Assembly (NCBI GenBank): GCA_951406725.2
Contig: OX597814.1
Coordinates: 48,670,001-48,734,000, forward strand
Direction: 5' to 3'
Length of the DNA: 64,000 nt
Source of the DNA: Octopus vulgaris
Lineage: Eukaryota
Below, one piece after another: positions 36,928 to 51,549 of the stretch. The position numbers were made by a program, and so were the translations under genes. The notes under the pieces were generated by a model. The model was not told the origin of the DNA and did not search any database. It saw nothing but the letters and a program-made list of their open reading frames with translations. Position 1 is the first letter of the stretch, and each line of letters opens with the position of its first letter.

Positions 36928-39900
36928 GATCTTATTTGTACTAATGACCTACTTTTATGCATTTACTCTTTTCGTTTTGGCCATATAGGATAAAAACTTA
37001 GTTATTTCTGTACATTTCCCACTATTGTTGGTTTCATTTTCAATTTCGCACTTAGCCGAAGTAATAAGATTCTAAAAAAAAAAAGAAAGAAGTAAATAAT
37101 AAAATGTTATAAAAATATCCACAAACATATAGACGATGAAAAAAAGAGAGGAAAAGATGGTATTCATTTTATTAAGTGTCGTTAATAAAAGCTGGTTGGT
37201 GTGATAGAGAAGTATGATGTCATAAACTTTAGGTACCACGCAAAACAGAGGCAGTGTTACTCACTCCAGAAATTATATTTTACTGCTTCTCGCAACAATC
37301 TTAATCTATGTTTTTTTTCTCCTTTTTTTTTATAAGAATAAAGAAATAAAATAAATTACCCCGTTTTGAGGCACTTGATTGATTTTTCTCTCTCCCTCGT
37401 ATTACCTTATCTAACAGTAATCCCTGTTTATAGGGCAACTTTATAATATAATCTATACCAGATGGAACTATAAATCCATGACGTTTCGAAAAACCTGAAG
37501 TTGTGGTGATAATGAAACGAAGAGGAAGATAATGTCTACAGATGATATTTTTTATTTATTTTTGTTTCATGTTGTTTTGTTTTTCTTTATTCATAGTCAT
37601 ATGTGAGTGTGTGTTTGTATGCGTACGCCTGTGTGTGCGTGTTGTGTGTTTTCATGTGTGCGAGCACGTATTTTATGAAGTAGGGAAAGTATAATTATAT
37701 ATGTATATACATATATATATATTTGAGCATGCATGCATGTATGTATATATGTATGTATATGTATGTGTGTGTGTGTGTGTGTACGTACGTGCGTGTGTGC
37801 GCGCGCGTGTGTGTGTGTAGACTTGGCGATGTCTGCGCGTTAGATAGCTAATATTAACTATGGAAAATGAATGGCTCATTTGGGCTGAGAAATATAATTC
37901 GGCGAAATGCATGAAAAGCATACTTATGATGTTGTTTTGTTTTCTCCTGGGTTATGAGTTAGAAAGAAGAAATAGTGAGGGAGCTCCATAACTATAAACA
38001 AATCTAGCACAGAAGCCAATGTTAAAATCTTTAACAGATTGATCTTTCTGGTATTGGTATTCGGCTGATGTGAAAATACATCTACCATTTAGTAAATTTA
38101 CTTAAAATGAGTCACCGAGGGGAGGTCTACCTGCTTAAGATAACAACCAAATTCCCTTCCAACAATATTCTTCCAGTTTAAAAAGAACTCATTGGATAAA
38201 GTGATTCGTAATGTTCCTAAATATCGCGGGATGGTCATAGCTGGAATGCCTTTGAACATAAGTCACTTGATCAGTTTAACTTGGATTTAAATATCAAGTC
38301 TTAAAACTAAAATAAAGGAATAATGCACAGATACTTGTTGAGTTAGAAAATAATATTGTGTAATGTTTTGATTCACAGTCTACAATCCATCCGCTAACAC
38401 TCAGAGATGAATGATATTTGTACAATAAGAAGTAAAAGAATGTTTCCCGTTTTCTAAAACATTTTTCATATTTTAAAAAGATCTGTTTATACCGCCTCTT
38501 TGTTATATCGATGCAGTGATACGGATACGTATGTATCGAAGTATTCTACTAGGGTATTTTTTGTGCTTGCCTTGAGCTTCCAACTTCTGATGAAGTAGGG
38601 ATGTCGTTGTGATATGCGACGTATCCTGGGTATTTTTAAACCATCCCTCACCTGGTCAGACCACAGTCGATTTCCTCTTCTTCTAGAGAGGAGAGAGAGA
38701 GAGAAGAATCGAGTCCTGTACATGACTAGTACTTCATTTATCGACTCGAAAGTTTGAAAAGTAAAGTTGACCTCAGAAATATTTGAACGCAGAAAGCCAG
38801 AACAAATACTGTAAATCTATATATCCAACGCTTTAACCACTAGGGCGATTCGTTTCCTTTTCCAAGCACTGAGATACTTATTTAAATGCAGATAGTATTA
38901 CTGTTCTGTAACTACGAGTGATGACCACCTAAGAATGGAAGGGAAGTTCTCGGCGGGATGTGTACTCGAACACGTTTTGATTCCTGTTGGAGCCATTTCA
39001 TTTCACTTAACATCACAAATGCTATGAGAAAGCCAATATCTATTTTGGCATTGCTTTCTTCTGAAATTCTTAAGTTTCATGTTTTGGAGATACTCGTAAG
39101 TATATATAAACAGAATTTCATTCGTGAATGGTACGATTTCATTTCCGATCTGACGACTTGTTAACATATTCCCTAGCTTCGTCTATGTGTTATTATCTAT
39201 TCTGTTGGCACTGCTTCAGTACTTTGCATAGACGCAATAGTAGTACAAGGAAACGAAGTTACGATTTTTTTTTCTGGGAGTTCATATTATAACCATTAAG
39301 ACCTGTTGACTCCTCAATGAGTATTGTTATATGGCTCCATAATTGAAAAGTGCAGATGTACGAATATTTATCAACATATTGAGTACTTCTGCATCTGTGG
39401 GATACCTAGTATTATCGTAGGACACTTTTAAGGGTACTTGAACACTTAAAGAGGATACTTAGCAGCAGAAATGAAACTACATTGATATTCAAAATTACAT
39501 TTACAGATACACAAATATTAATTCCAAAGTTGCAATTATACGGATAGTTAGCTACATTCCCATTGTTACACATCAGAATAAGATTACATGATTAACCAGA
39601 TACATATTTCTTGACAACTATGAAATTGCAGCCAACCTAAAAATATGAAATGAGATATGAAAGTGAAGGCTGTTTATGAACTACAAATGGGTTTGTAACA
39701 ACAGTAGACCTAAATACCTCTCAGTATTTGCGTTATTATTTCAAATCCTATTGAGGTCAACTTTGCTTTTCATTCCTCAATTTTTTATTAATTGAAGATT
39801 CATTGTTGTTGTTAACATTATTGTTTAATTTTCCATTTATTCCGCTCCCGTGTTTTCTTCAGGAGTAGTGTACCTCATATTAACTGTACCCAATGTGTCT

Positions 39901-40448
39901 TCTTTTAAAAGACGGTTGGGTCTGATTTGAGGGAGACTGTGCTATTGTTTCTAATAAGTAGAGCGACTGTGAATAGGCGCCCTTCTATCTCATAGTCAGT
40001 AAGTACTATGGTTCATCCAAGCTACTATTGGGACCCCACACAAAAACTGACATAGTTCAAAATGAAGAATCAAGATATAATTGGACTGAAAGAAAACGAA
40101 CATCAGAAATGTGACAACATATTTATGAAAAAAGTGTCAATAATTGATAAGAGTTTAACATGGTTTATAGATAGGACTATTCACCCTTAACTTTAATTAG
40201 ATGACATAGTTAGAAATCGAATTCTATGGAGAAGCATCAAAGTGGCATATACTTAAAGAAGGCTGTTAGATAACTTTTACTCACCAGCTCTGACGCATCT
40301 GAAAACAAATAATAATAAAAGATAAAATATAAGATTGTAATTGTTAGTAAAATAATATTCAACCGTAGTAATATTATCCATGTCGGTAAATTACCAAATC
40401 GCTCTCATTTCATGATATCAGTTGTGAGAAAGTAAAGATGTAAAGTAA

Positions 40449-40847
40449 TCTATATATATATATAAAGCTGAAGTTGTCTATGTATGGCAGGTTTGGTAGC
40501 CTTCAAATAACACTATCTCCTCCGAGACCTGCGGCGCAAGTTGACCAAAATTGATAGTATGATGGAAGAAGGCTTGCTCTTCCTTCCGTAGAAGAAAAAA
40601 ATTCAAATCGGACCATGTTAACACCAAAAATTATTTACATCAAAAAGGTGCTTTTTTTTTTCCTATGAAAATCCCTCTTTTTTACGATTTTTTAAACTAC
40701 GGTGTCGCCATTTTTCGGTGTATTTCAACCAGAAAAATGTTCACTTAAAGAGAATAACAAGCTACATAATGCAAAATTTTTACTTTTCAAAAATTCCAAT
40801 TTTAAAGGGTCGAAACAAACCCGAGCAACACCGGGCGTTACTGCTAG
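40449..40847 (+). mobile_element. Non-autonomous Helitron
   Basis: Starts a|TC, ends cccgagcaacaccggg hairpin + CTAG; paralogue of 44774-45151. Confidence 0.88.
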
Positions 40848-41489
40848 CTTATGAATAAAAACAAAAGTTTAGAACTTCGCCTATCTCCACATTCACTTTC
40901 CATTATTACTACCCAGTACACCATATTATGTTGAAGAATGTCTTCCTATCGTCACACAATTCCTGAATCATATCTCTCATTTAATGTCCTATCTATTACT
41001 TTGCAGACTGGTGATGCAGGGCTAAGGACTATTTGAAACACGTCTAGTAGGAAAGATCACTTAAAAGTGATCTTGAGGGAGAGGAAAGCAAATAATAAAT
41101 AAATAAATAATTAATTAATTATGCAATAGTCAGCTCCAAAGGCGGTGATAATGGCAGAATCCTGAAATAAAGATCATGGCTGCTGCTGTTTCTACTGCCG
41201 CTGACCTCTCAGAACAACTCTGAGAATAGTCAAAGCGAACCCAAAGGCAAATGAAATCACCTAATCCTCCACGTTACTTGAACCAGGAGCCAACGTGGCA
41301 GAGGCACCAAAGGCTGATGGGTCTCCTCCTCCTGGAGAGACTCGACAAGAGATTAGGAACAACTGTTCAACTCTATCGTTTCTGTGAGATAAGGAGGGGA
41401 GGAAGATAGCAGAGAGGTGAGAGACTGTTGAAGTCAAGTAAAAAGTGAATAAATGAATAAATAAATAAAAGGCAAAACCAAAACTGATT

Positions 41490-41860
41490 CCAGTCTAAAG
41501 ATGAGAAAAAAGCTGCAAATCTCCTAATGGTTGTCCCCTAACTGCCTCGAATGCATGACCTCCATTGTTATCTGATTGGTTTAATAACGAGTATCCCATG
41601 TAAATCCAAATAACCTAACGGAATAAGAAAAAGATACTGTGCTGATTGTGAAGATAAGAGAGGGATTCATCATATTCAAAATCATAGACTGTTGGTGAAA
41701 ATCACACCGACAATGTGTCTAGAGCCAAGGGAACTTTCTCCGGATAATGCGGGATTCTTCACAGTTAGGCTAATGCTGGAGAAACTCCCGAGAAATTTCA
41801 GAAGTCACAGTTTACAGAAGTTATTTGAAATCGTGGGACGTCCTGAAATATATCTAGGTT
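41490..41860 (+). mobile_element. Decayed RTE-like RT fragment
   Basis: KRYCADCEDKRGI and FFTVRLMLEK resemble KGD..DC.NYRGI and IF.LR.L.EK. Confidence 0.4.
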
Positions 41861-41965
41861 AACCACTTCTCGGCCCTTTGTGAGTAGGTTGCCTTTCTTT
41901 GCTTGTGCAAAGAATTTTTAACAAGTGCTAATATATTGTATTAGGTTTTCTGCCCCATTACATTT

Positions 41966-42059
<94 letters not shown>

Positions 42060-44773
42060 CATCTGCACTCACTTTGCTTGACACATTTTATTTTGTATCC
42101 AATAAAGTAAGGGTTGCTATTATTTTTATCTCTATCATTATTAATATTTAAGACTTCGAGCCAACAGAATCGTTGGCTCATCGAACAAAATGCTTAGCGG
42201 CATTTCTTCAGACTCACTACGGTGTAAGTTCATATTCCGCCCAGGTCGATTTTGCTTTTCATCTTTTCAGGGTCGACAAAATAAGTAGCAGTAGAGTACT
42301 GGTGTCAATGTTATCGACATACCCGCCCCACTCAAAACTGCAGGGTCTTGTGTCAAGATTACTGAAGAGTTGTTATAACGCTGTTGTGGTAGTTATCAAG
42401 AGGAGGGACAGTAACATTTGAAACACCCATATTCTTTCCTATAGATTTGTGACTCTGTTTTTATAATGTTTTAATCATTATCATTTCTCTTTATTAACGG
42501 TTCAAATTAACTTTTATTGCACTAATATTTAGGAGATAATCATGCGCCGTGAGACAATACGTGCAATTTTAAAGAATTATCTTGGGTGTTTTATTTATAC
42601 AATCACCAGAACATCAATCTGATCAGAATTTTTGGATGTGAATGCAATTAGTAAATTAATATTTATATATTTAGTTTGGTCAAACTTAAGGCCAACTTTT
42701 GTAGGAGAAGCTCATAGTCGCTATATAAAATGCGGAGATTTTATAGAAGTTGGACAAGGAGAGTTAAGAGTCAACCTTGAAAGGATTTCGGCACAGTACT
42801 ATAAGATACCAAACTAATGCCAACAGTAAAGTTTCTGGTCTGGCGTTTAACAGTCTCAGCCATCTCCCTCACCTTTGATTCAATTATTAAGGGGAAACAT
42901 TTCTTGAATTTTCGAGCTGCAATTTATCGTGAATTATATTAATTTAATTAATTTTCTTGATATAACATTTATCTTTCACGTGGTATGTGATCCACGTTAT
43001 GGAATATAGAGGCATCGGAGATACGGTGGTAGCTTTCAAGTAAATGATTATACTACTATTTATGTTTCTCAAATTTCCAGTAAAACTATCCATATTATTC
43101 TGAAATTATTCCATGAGCCTGACTGGTATACCTTATATTATAGGGTTTCTTTTTATATAATTCATATTAGTATATTCCAGTAGGTTTCATGCAATAATTT
43201 CAAAGACATATTTTGTTTGCTATCATATATCTCAAGAACCACTCGAAATTTTCGGATGAAACGCGTTTTTATGTAACGAAAGTTCTTGTGAAGTGCAGTA
43301 TCTACCTCACTTTCTGTTTTCTAGTATATAATCTGAAATTTTCTGTCTGCGTAAGAAATATTTGTATTGAAGAAAGCTATTTGCATACTGCAGTTATATA
43401 TGTTCCTGGAGTCATGAATTTAATTTAACTGACGATGCACGCCAGTATTTCTATCAAAATTGCTGAATTGTGTCGCAGTTTACCTATATGTATGCATCAT
43501 ATATTACACACGCACAAATACATCTATATATACACGTACATACACACACACACACATACAAACACACACACATATATATACATACTCACACATATATATA
43601 TGCACAAGCATGCACACACACACACACACAACACACAACTGCCTGTTCAGTTATTTAGTGATATTTCTGATTGAACTAACAGACCGAAACATTAGGATGT
43701 TAACTACCAGCTTACTTACTTATCTAATTATCGATTCTGTCAAACCCCCATCGATCGAACCTCGATTCTAAGAACTATGATATAGCTCACCGGTAAACTG
43801 ATATGGATTTCGTTAACTTGAATTATTAAACTCAAATCGTATAATGGCCCGGAAGAAAATTGGTAACTAATTCAACGTATCTTTGCATAACTACTCGAAC
43901 ACAAAATCTTCAACGATGTCCAGAAAAATTAAATGGGATACGGGGCGCCTTTTTTTTTTTTTTTTACACTAGGGATTCTAATATCTATAAGCCTACGCTT
44001 TCTTTTCCAGATGTTGCATTGATTAAAACCATACTCTAAACTCGCTAAAACTAATGACCAACAATACAATTACAATTTTAATCAGTCAACAAGTAATTCA
44101 CTATCACTCACTACTTCCAGATGCCACATCTCATGAATGAAGCCTATAAACAAAATGACTGCCCTTGACATAAACTTTTGATAAAGTCTGACATAAAGAT
44201 ATTATCAGCAAACCACTCTCATGCGAAGTCTACCCAAACAGGTCGAAGTGTTTGCCTATCTTCCGGTTCAACTATTCTAGTGCAACATCCGCTGACAATT
44301 CTACAGACTTCACGCAATCAACTCATAGGTGCTTCAAAATTCAGTCATGTTCATCGCATCTACTCTTGATTTTCATTAAAACCATATTTTCCTCATTTTC
44401 GTCTTTTTTTAAATGGCTTCTATTCCCTCAAGTATCAGTCATTTTAGAGACTCTGCAACGGGGAATAGAGTGGTGAGGCTAAGTGGATGTTTATCAATTC
44501 GGGAATAAAACGATATTTGGATAGGTATAATGCATAAAAAAATGCAACGAACACAAATCCAACATTGGCACTATGCTGCAAATTTTGAAGAAAAGGCGTT
44601 ACTCTGCCTAATTATTACAAAAACTCCACTGCTGCAAACTTTATCGCCCCTTTTCAAAGGGCATTAACCACCATATACCGATGAAAAAATAACAGATTTC
44701 CGACAAGCGCGCGCGTTATGTTTGAGAGAACGATCAAGCGACGGTATTGCTCAAAATCGAGTTGTGGTGTATA

Positions 44774-45151
44774 CTAGCAGTATCGCCCGGCGTTGCTCGG
44801 GTTTGTTTCGACCCTTTAGAATTGGAATTTTGAAAAGTAAAAATTTTGCATTATGTAGCTTGTTATTCTCTTTAAGTGAACATTTTTCTGGTTGAAATAC
44901 ACCGAAAAATGGCCACACAGCAGTAAAAAAATCGTAAAAAATAGGGATTTTCATAGAAAAAAAGCACCTTTTTGATGTAAATAATGGTCCGATTTGAATT
45001 TTTTTTCTTCTGCGGAAGGAAGAGCAAGCCTTCTTCTATCATACTCTCAAAATTGGTCAACTTGCGCCGCAGGGTCTCGGAGTAGATAGTGTTAGTTGAA
45101 GGCTACCAAACCTGCCATACGCAGACAACTTCAGCTTTATATATAGAGAGA
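44774..45151 (-). mobile_element. Non-autonomous Helitron
   Basis: Minus strand A|TC...hairpin-CTAG|T, canonical AT target and no TSD. Confidence 0.9.
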
Positions 45152-45766
45152 TTTAAGGCATTTTATTCAATAGAATTTACGCGTTTAACTACACTAATAA
45201 TTTAAGAATAACTGGAGATATTTTGATGTTCATGTTTCTTTGAACTCCGGAATGTTCTAAAATAAAACTGCCACCCTGAACTTTTAGTGGGTTGACATCT
45301 CATGTAACTATTTTTTAAACATACTTTATGGTTGATTTAGATAATTTGAATACGTTAGCTATTTGATATGGCGTTTATTTACATTCAAGTGATAAACATA
45401 GCTATTAAATATTTTGTTGGGTAATTTTTAGTTCTTTAATTTCCAATGAATTTCTATCGTACAGTTATCTGAAAGACTTTCCTGGTGTAAAATCAGTTAT
45501 ACATTTACATGGGACGGACGCTAATAAAAGTTAAAAAGCATAATTTTTTATAAGAAATAAACATTCAATTTTATAGTAAATTCTTTTACTATCATTTTAC
45601 CAAGCATTTTTACTGCTTTCTTTCCTTTCTTTCTTCAGTCGTTCCCAATCGTTCTTAAGCTATTGTGCACCTTGATAATGATTGTGTTCTACCTAAGACT
45701 GTGGTATGATACTCAGGCTCAGTGAGCGTTTTTGCCCTTCAAACAACATACATGGGTGAAAATACC

Positions 45767-46182
45767 TATTTCTTTACTACCCACAAGGGGCTAAACACAG
45801 AGAGGACAAACAAGGACAGACAAACGGATTTAGTCGATTATATCGACCCCAGTGCGTAACTGGTACTTATTTAATCGACCCCGAAAGGATGAAAGGCAAA
45901 GTCGACCTCGGCGGAATTTGAACTCAGAACGTAGCGGCAGACTAAATACCTATTTCTTTATTACACACAAGGGGCTAAACACAGAGAGGACAAACAAGGA
46001 CAGACAAACGGATTAAGTCGATTACATCGACCCCAGTGCGTAACTGGTACTTATTTAATCGACCCTGAAAGGATGAAAGGCAAAGTCGACCTCGGCGGAA
46101 TTTGAACTCAGAACGTAACGGCAGACGAAATACGGCTACGCATTTCGCCCAGCGTGCTAACGTTTCTGCCAGCTCGCCACCT
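45767..46182 (-). mobile_element. Family B SINE head-to-tail partial dimer with 18-bp TSD
   Basis: Two copies of the same tail; flanked by tacatgggtgaa(a/g)atacc at 45749-45766 and 46183-46200. Confidence 0.9.
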
Positions 46183-46685
46183 TACATGGGTGAAGATACC
46201 TTTAATGATGTGAATGCATTGACTGAAAAATGAGTTTGTCTCAACATTTATGAGCATGGTGGTCTTTAATTTCTCTACATGCAGCTCAAAGTGGACATTA
46301 AATCAAATGCACGTTTTGTGTTGCTATAATTCAATTATTACCTTTTTGATGACATTAAATAAAGTGTTTTTGACATCCCTAACAACATATATGGTATTAA
46401 ATCTGATGGAAGCTTTAAGATTCATTGAAGTTAGATTTCTTTCTTCTCTGAATTCAAAGCAATTGATAAAGAAGTTTAGTTTTTAAAATTGTTTTAATAA
46501 TTGCCACTGTAAAATTATAGTGAGGAAACCAGGGACGACAAGGGTTGAAGTGGGGAGGGGCCGAATGTGCCCCGAGTCTCTTAGAAGCACTGGTTTCACA
46601 GTTTCAGATTTAGCAAACAAGAACCCCACCTTATGAACAAATTCGAAAATGGTATTGTTTGACTTGTACTTCTTGATATTTATAT

Positions 46686-46965
46686 GTGAAGGCGCATGGC
46701 TCAGTGGTTAGAGCGTCGGGCTCACAATCATTAGGTAGTGAGTTCAATTCCCGGACCGGATTTGTGATGTGTTGTTGGGCAAGAAACTTTATTTATTTCA
46801 CGTTGCTCAAGTTCACTGTAGAAATGAGTTGCGACGTCACTAGTGCCAAGCTGTATCAGCCCTTGACTTTCCCTTGGATAACATCGGTGGCGTGGAGAGG
46901 AGGGACTGGTATACATGAGCGACTGCTGGTCTTCCGTAAACAACCTTGCCCGGACTTGTGCTTCA
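46686..46965 (+). mobile_element. tRNA-derived SINE (third family)
   Basis: A-box tggctcagtggttagagcg, B-box gagttcaattccc, followed by ttgggcaagaaactt. Confidence 0.8.
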
Positions 46966-47104
46966 GTGTCACGCTGCCTTTCATCGCTGTTTAAAATATC
47001 TCAAAATACACTTCAAGTTTTCATGTAACTTCCTTTTAATTGCTGACATAGAACTGGATCTATTGTGCTACTCTGTGCCACAGTGATGGAATGCTGATAT
47101 TGGT

Positions 47105-47310
47105 TGAAAATTTTGGCACAAAGCCAGCAATTTCGGGGAAGGAGTAAGTCGATTACTTCGATCCCATTGCTTAAATGGTAATTATTTTATCGGTCCAGAA
47201 AGGCTGGAAGGCCAAATAGACTTCGACGGAATTCGAACTTGGAACGTAAAGACGAAAGAAATGCTGCTAAGTATTTTGCCCCGCGTGCTAACGATTCTAC
47301 CAGCTCACCA
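47105..47310 (-). mobile_element. Family B SINE, diverged
   Basis: ttttggcacaaagccagcaatttcgggga tail and cgtgctaacgattctaccagctcacc head. Confidence 0.75.
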
Positions 47311-49407
47311 CATGGGATGATGATATTAAAACCTCTAATGGCAGTTTATTCTCGAAAATGTAAATTTACTAAAACTCGTGTAAAGGCAAGAAGAAAAATT
47401 ACTCAATTAACTTTCTTAGCACTTCTCAGCTGAAAATTACGCTACTTACATGATGATGAATGAAATTACCGGAATTAAACCCTTTCATATGAACAATTAA
47501 GTACAGAAACATATTTAATCAAATTGGCTGCACGGATTGTTGGGCTTCACGGTTAAGTTTCATCAACAGGCTAAGTGACTTGTGGACAACAAAGCGACGT
47601 ATTTTAGCTCTAAATAACAAACCATACTTGGCAACAGTGGTTTCTGTTTGTATGTATCAAATCAATTACCATCACTAATTGTCGTGTATGAGCGACGAAC
47701 ATTGATTACAGATCAAAGAAATACACATTTTTAAACTTCAGAATGTTCAAACTTACATTCGCAACCCCTTCTAACACAGCTTGTTCGTTTCACTAGGCTG
47801 AATTTTAAGAGCCAGAGCTCGCCTCATTAAATTTTGTACACATAACATTATTAAGAACTACAAAATTTAAGTCAACAGTTTTCGTTACGAAGTTGTAAAA
47901 GCTGTATTCCTTATGTATAGTGAATTAAAACCACTTGAGATTTTGAACATAATTCTTAATAGTTTAGGCGGAACTTTGTTAACCCAAGTCACATTATTAC
48001 AAGGATGATCAACATCTTGTTTATTAGCTCTACCAAGCTAAATTGCTTCAGCTCGAGCTGGCTCATTAACTTTCACTTATATAAACTTTGTTATGTACAG
48101 CAAATCTAAACGAAGCTTTATTCCTCGAAAACTAGTCAATCAAAATTATTCAAGATTAATTTTAATGTTTACAAACCGGACAGAAATGTATTAACCAAAG
48201 TTCCGCCTTTGGGTTCACACAAGTATTATAAATCAAGAACAAATGTATCTGAGTTATTCCTTGTTAATTTGAAAAAGATAAACTTAACAATCAAGATACT
48301 CGGTTTGCTACTTGACCCAAATGATGGGGTCACCGCTCCAATATGTTCGTCTTTGACTTCTAATACTTACGTGAACCGAAAGGCGTGACTCAGACTGATA
48401 AAAACATTACATAACTTAATACGTAAAGGCAAAGTTTCATAAATAAATTTTAACAGAAAAACTGAAAAATACCAGTACTTCCAGTTTCGCGTGACCGCTC
48501 TTTCAGCTGATAATCTGAACCTGTTACCTCTTAAATCATCGGATGTTTAAATAGATTTCAAAATATTATAAATGAAAGCTATCGAGAAATGCTTATCTCA
48601 ATATTTTTTAAAATATCATGTGACCGATATTTTATAAAACCGGCTGTTTGAAGATCACGTTTTCCAGCTCCTTCCTGGTTCTCTTAGCAAGATGAAAATT
48701 ATCAAAACCTTTTCATTCGTTATATATGCGTCTGTATATGTGTATATACGTATTGTTGAATTCAAACACGCATAAATGTGGATATACCAATATGTATGCA
48801 TACGTGTAAGTGCGGACGTGTCACGTCAAGTGATATTGTATACGAACTTGCATGTGTTTGAGTGTGTATGAGTATATAAGTGAATGAGATGAGTTTGGAT
48901 GTGCGTATGTATGTGTATGTATACATGTATGTGTATGTATACATGTATGAGTATATGTAAATAGTAAACAAAGAAGAAAATAACGTCATCGTCTAGAAGG
49001 CAAAATATAAATAAACCGTTGCAGAAGAATTTCATCCTACTAAGAGAGGTCAACAGTCTTGACTTTGTCTTTCTCATCTGACGATGGCCCTAAGAATAGC
49101 CGAAGGATGTGAATCACTAACGAAATACTGTAAACTATAAGCAATACATAAAAGACGTTCGCTACCTCGGCATTGCCTTCTGTTTTACTGTGTTCGTAGC
49201 TTCATCGGGTATATGAACTCGTATACAAACTACTAACTATGCATACACATGCCAACAGACCCACACAAATGTGTAAACATATATTTGCATGAATATGTAT
49301 GTATGTATAAGTGAGTGTATGCATGTGTGTGTGCGTGCGTATGCGTGTATACAGACATACACACACTCAAAGTACAGACATATATGTTTGTGGTTGTATG
49401 TTTGCGG

Positions 49408-49455
<48 letters not shown>

Positions 49456-50184
49456 GAGTGTGTGTGTATTTAAGTGTGTCTGAATGTGTTGCTCCCCGCA
49501 GCTTCGGAGAAATTCTATATTCCCAAAGTTAGTTGTCGCACCAGATCATAAACTTTGGAAGGAAAGAAAGGAAATACTTTTCTTGGGTGAATGGCGGGAG
49601 GTGCTATAAATATGACATTTAGAGACAAGTGTTGAATTCTAAAACACTGAAAGATACATTGATCGGATTAATGGTTAAATCTTTCGCAGATGTACGTCTA
49701 CGATTTCCGGTTATTTTGGTTGGTTAACTTTTCAAAGTGCATAATATATTTGTATGTGTGTGAGAGTTTATATGTATAGAGAGCGATATACCTAGAGCAA
49801 TATACACTCATACAAATACTTCATACTGGCGCGAACTTGCTATCCTAAAGATAGTAAATTCAGCTAAATAGACAGAGACAAACAGTCGGACAGACAATCT
49901 GACATTATGAGACCTTCGGTTTTGTATTCAATGTTTTGATGAGATTAAGTGACCTGGTTGAACTAGCTATGACCATCCAGTTTGTTGGGGGCTATGAGCA
50001 TAGTACTTATATTTACAAAAATAGATGATAGGAAGTACCGTTTATATCCATATTGCAGTCCACCAAAATTCAAGTACATCTTTCCGTTTATGCTGGCAGA
50101 ATCGGCTAATCTCAATTTTACAATTTAGTTAGGTATTTGGGTAAAGAGAATTCTTTACTATAATACTCTTCTCCGGCAAGAAGA

Positions 50185-50350
50185 ATATGCACTCCCTATT
50201 GACTGATGATTCGAAGCTCCAGAAAGGTTATCAATAGCGTATGTAACCCTATAGAAATCCAATATGATCAAAACGGTGCGATTCGATGGGTGAAGAAAAA
50301 GTCATGCTGCTAAACGGAATTAAATTTAAGGTCATCCATTTCAAGAAAGG
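50185..50350 (+). mobile_element. CR1/L2-like RT fragment
   Basis: SLLTDDSKL..EIQYDQNGAIRWV..MLLNGIKFKVIHF resembles FADDTKL..LQ.DL..W..M.FN..K..V.H. Confidence 0.6.
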
Positions 50351-51549
50351 GTATATATTTAAACAGCTATGTTCTCTTTCCTTGAGTGAGCTTCTCGTGG
50401 CGTCAAATAATGTCAGAGACTGATAACTGTGGAAAGCAATCTAAGGTGCATACGTAAAATAATCATGTTGAAATGACCCACAAAATGTGCACGCACGCGC
50501 ATACATAGATACGTTCACATTCCAATAAAAACAGTAGTCATGTGTAAACGCAACATATCTCATATTACTCTGTGGGATAAGGAACAAAAGTCATGCACAG
50601 TTGTAGAGGTCAGCTGCCCGGTAGATGTGGACATGCCGCCAAAGATTCAGGAAAAATAGAACATTTATGGTGAACTAATGTGAAATTTACAGCTCTTGTA
50701 ATTTGGTTATAAAGTTTCGTTTGTACTTACCATCATAGGAGTATTAAGTTATGTTTTTACGGATTTGGGCAAAAACCTAGAAATACTAGAATTTTCTAAA
50801 TCAAAAGAAACTGACGTATATCATCTAAATTCAATCTATTTGTAGTAAAAACTTGTAAGACACATCAAAGATTCTCCATCTAAGGTTCTTTAATTGAATG
50901 CATGCACACGCTTGGTTGTGTGCATCTACGGAGACATATGTAAGAAAATAATGATGCACACACACACACACATACACACACACACAGAGAAACACCTAAA
51001 CACTAAAGAGACATGTTCATACAGAACATAAGTGCAGGTGCAGACAGCTATGCATATGCACACATTAACTCAGCCACACATTTACAAAACCTGGGAACTC
51101 TCTTAACTCAATAAGACATGTCACTTTGTTAGCGACCGGCTTGAACTCCATTAAAAAGAACTTAAATAAATCTCAAATAAAAACAGAAATACATGCATTC
51201 ATACATATTGTATGTAAACATTTGCAGCCATTACCCGCTACCTTTATGTTTTTTTTTTTATTTTTATGCATTCCACCATTTTTTTTTCCTTTTCTAAGTT
51301 GTAAAATCTTTTTTTTTTGTAAACTTAATTCGTCTGCAAATGTTTTCTTTCATTTCAGTACATTTAACAGAATTGAAATAAATCAGTATAAAATATAAAT
51401 TACATCTGAAGAATTCAAATTCATATATATGTATGTATGTATGTGAGTGTGTGTGCGCGTGCACAAAAACGGATAATATATCGCACTACCTTAATGTGAC
51501 TCTTAAATTCTTTCCATCTCTTTTTGTTTATTTTTGTGGCAGATTACTC

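Noticed and set aside
38584-38630. CTGATGA followed by a hairpin, possible hammerhead
   Set aside because: No GAAA after the stem and no NUH/stem I
42890-44400. Further Penelope-like remnants (ITYH and QTGRS-like peptides)
   Set aside because: Too decayed to support a call by eye
46690-46762. tRNA gene
   Set aside because: A and B boxes present but it runs directly into SINE body; no clean cloverleaf seen
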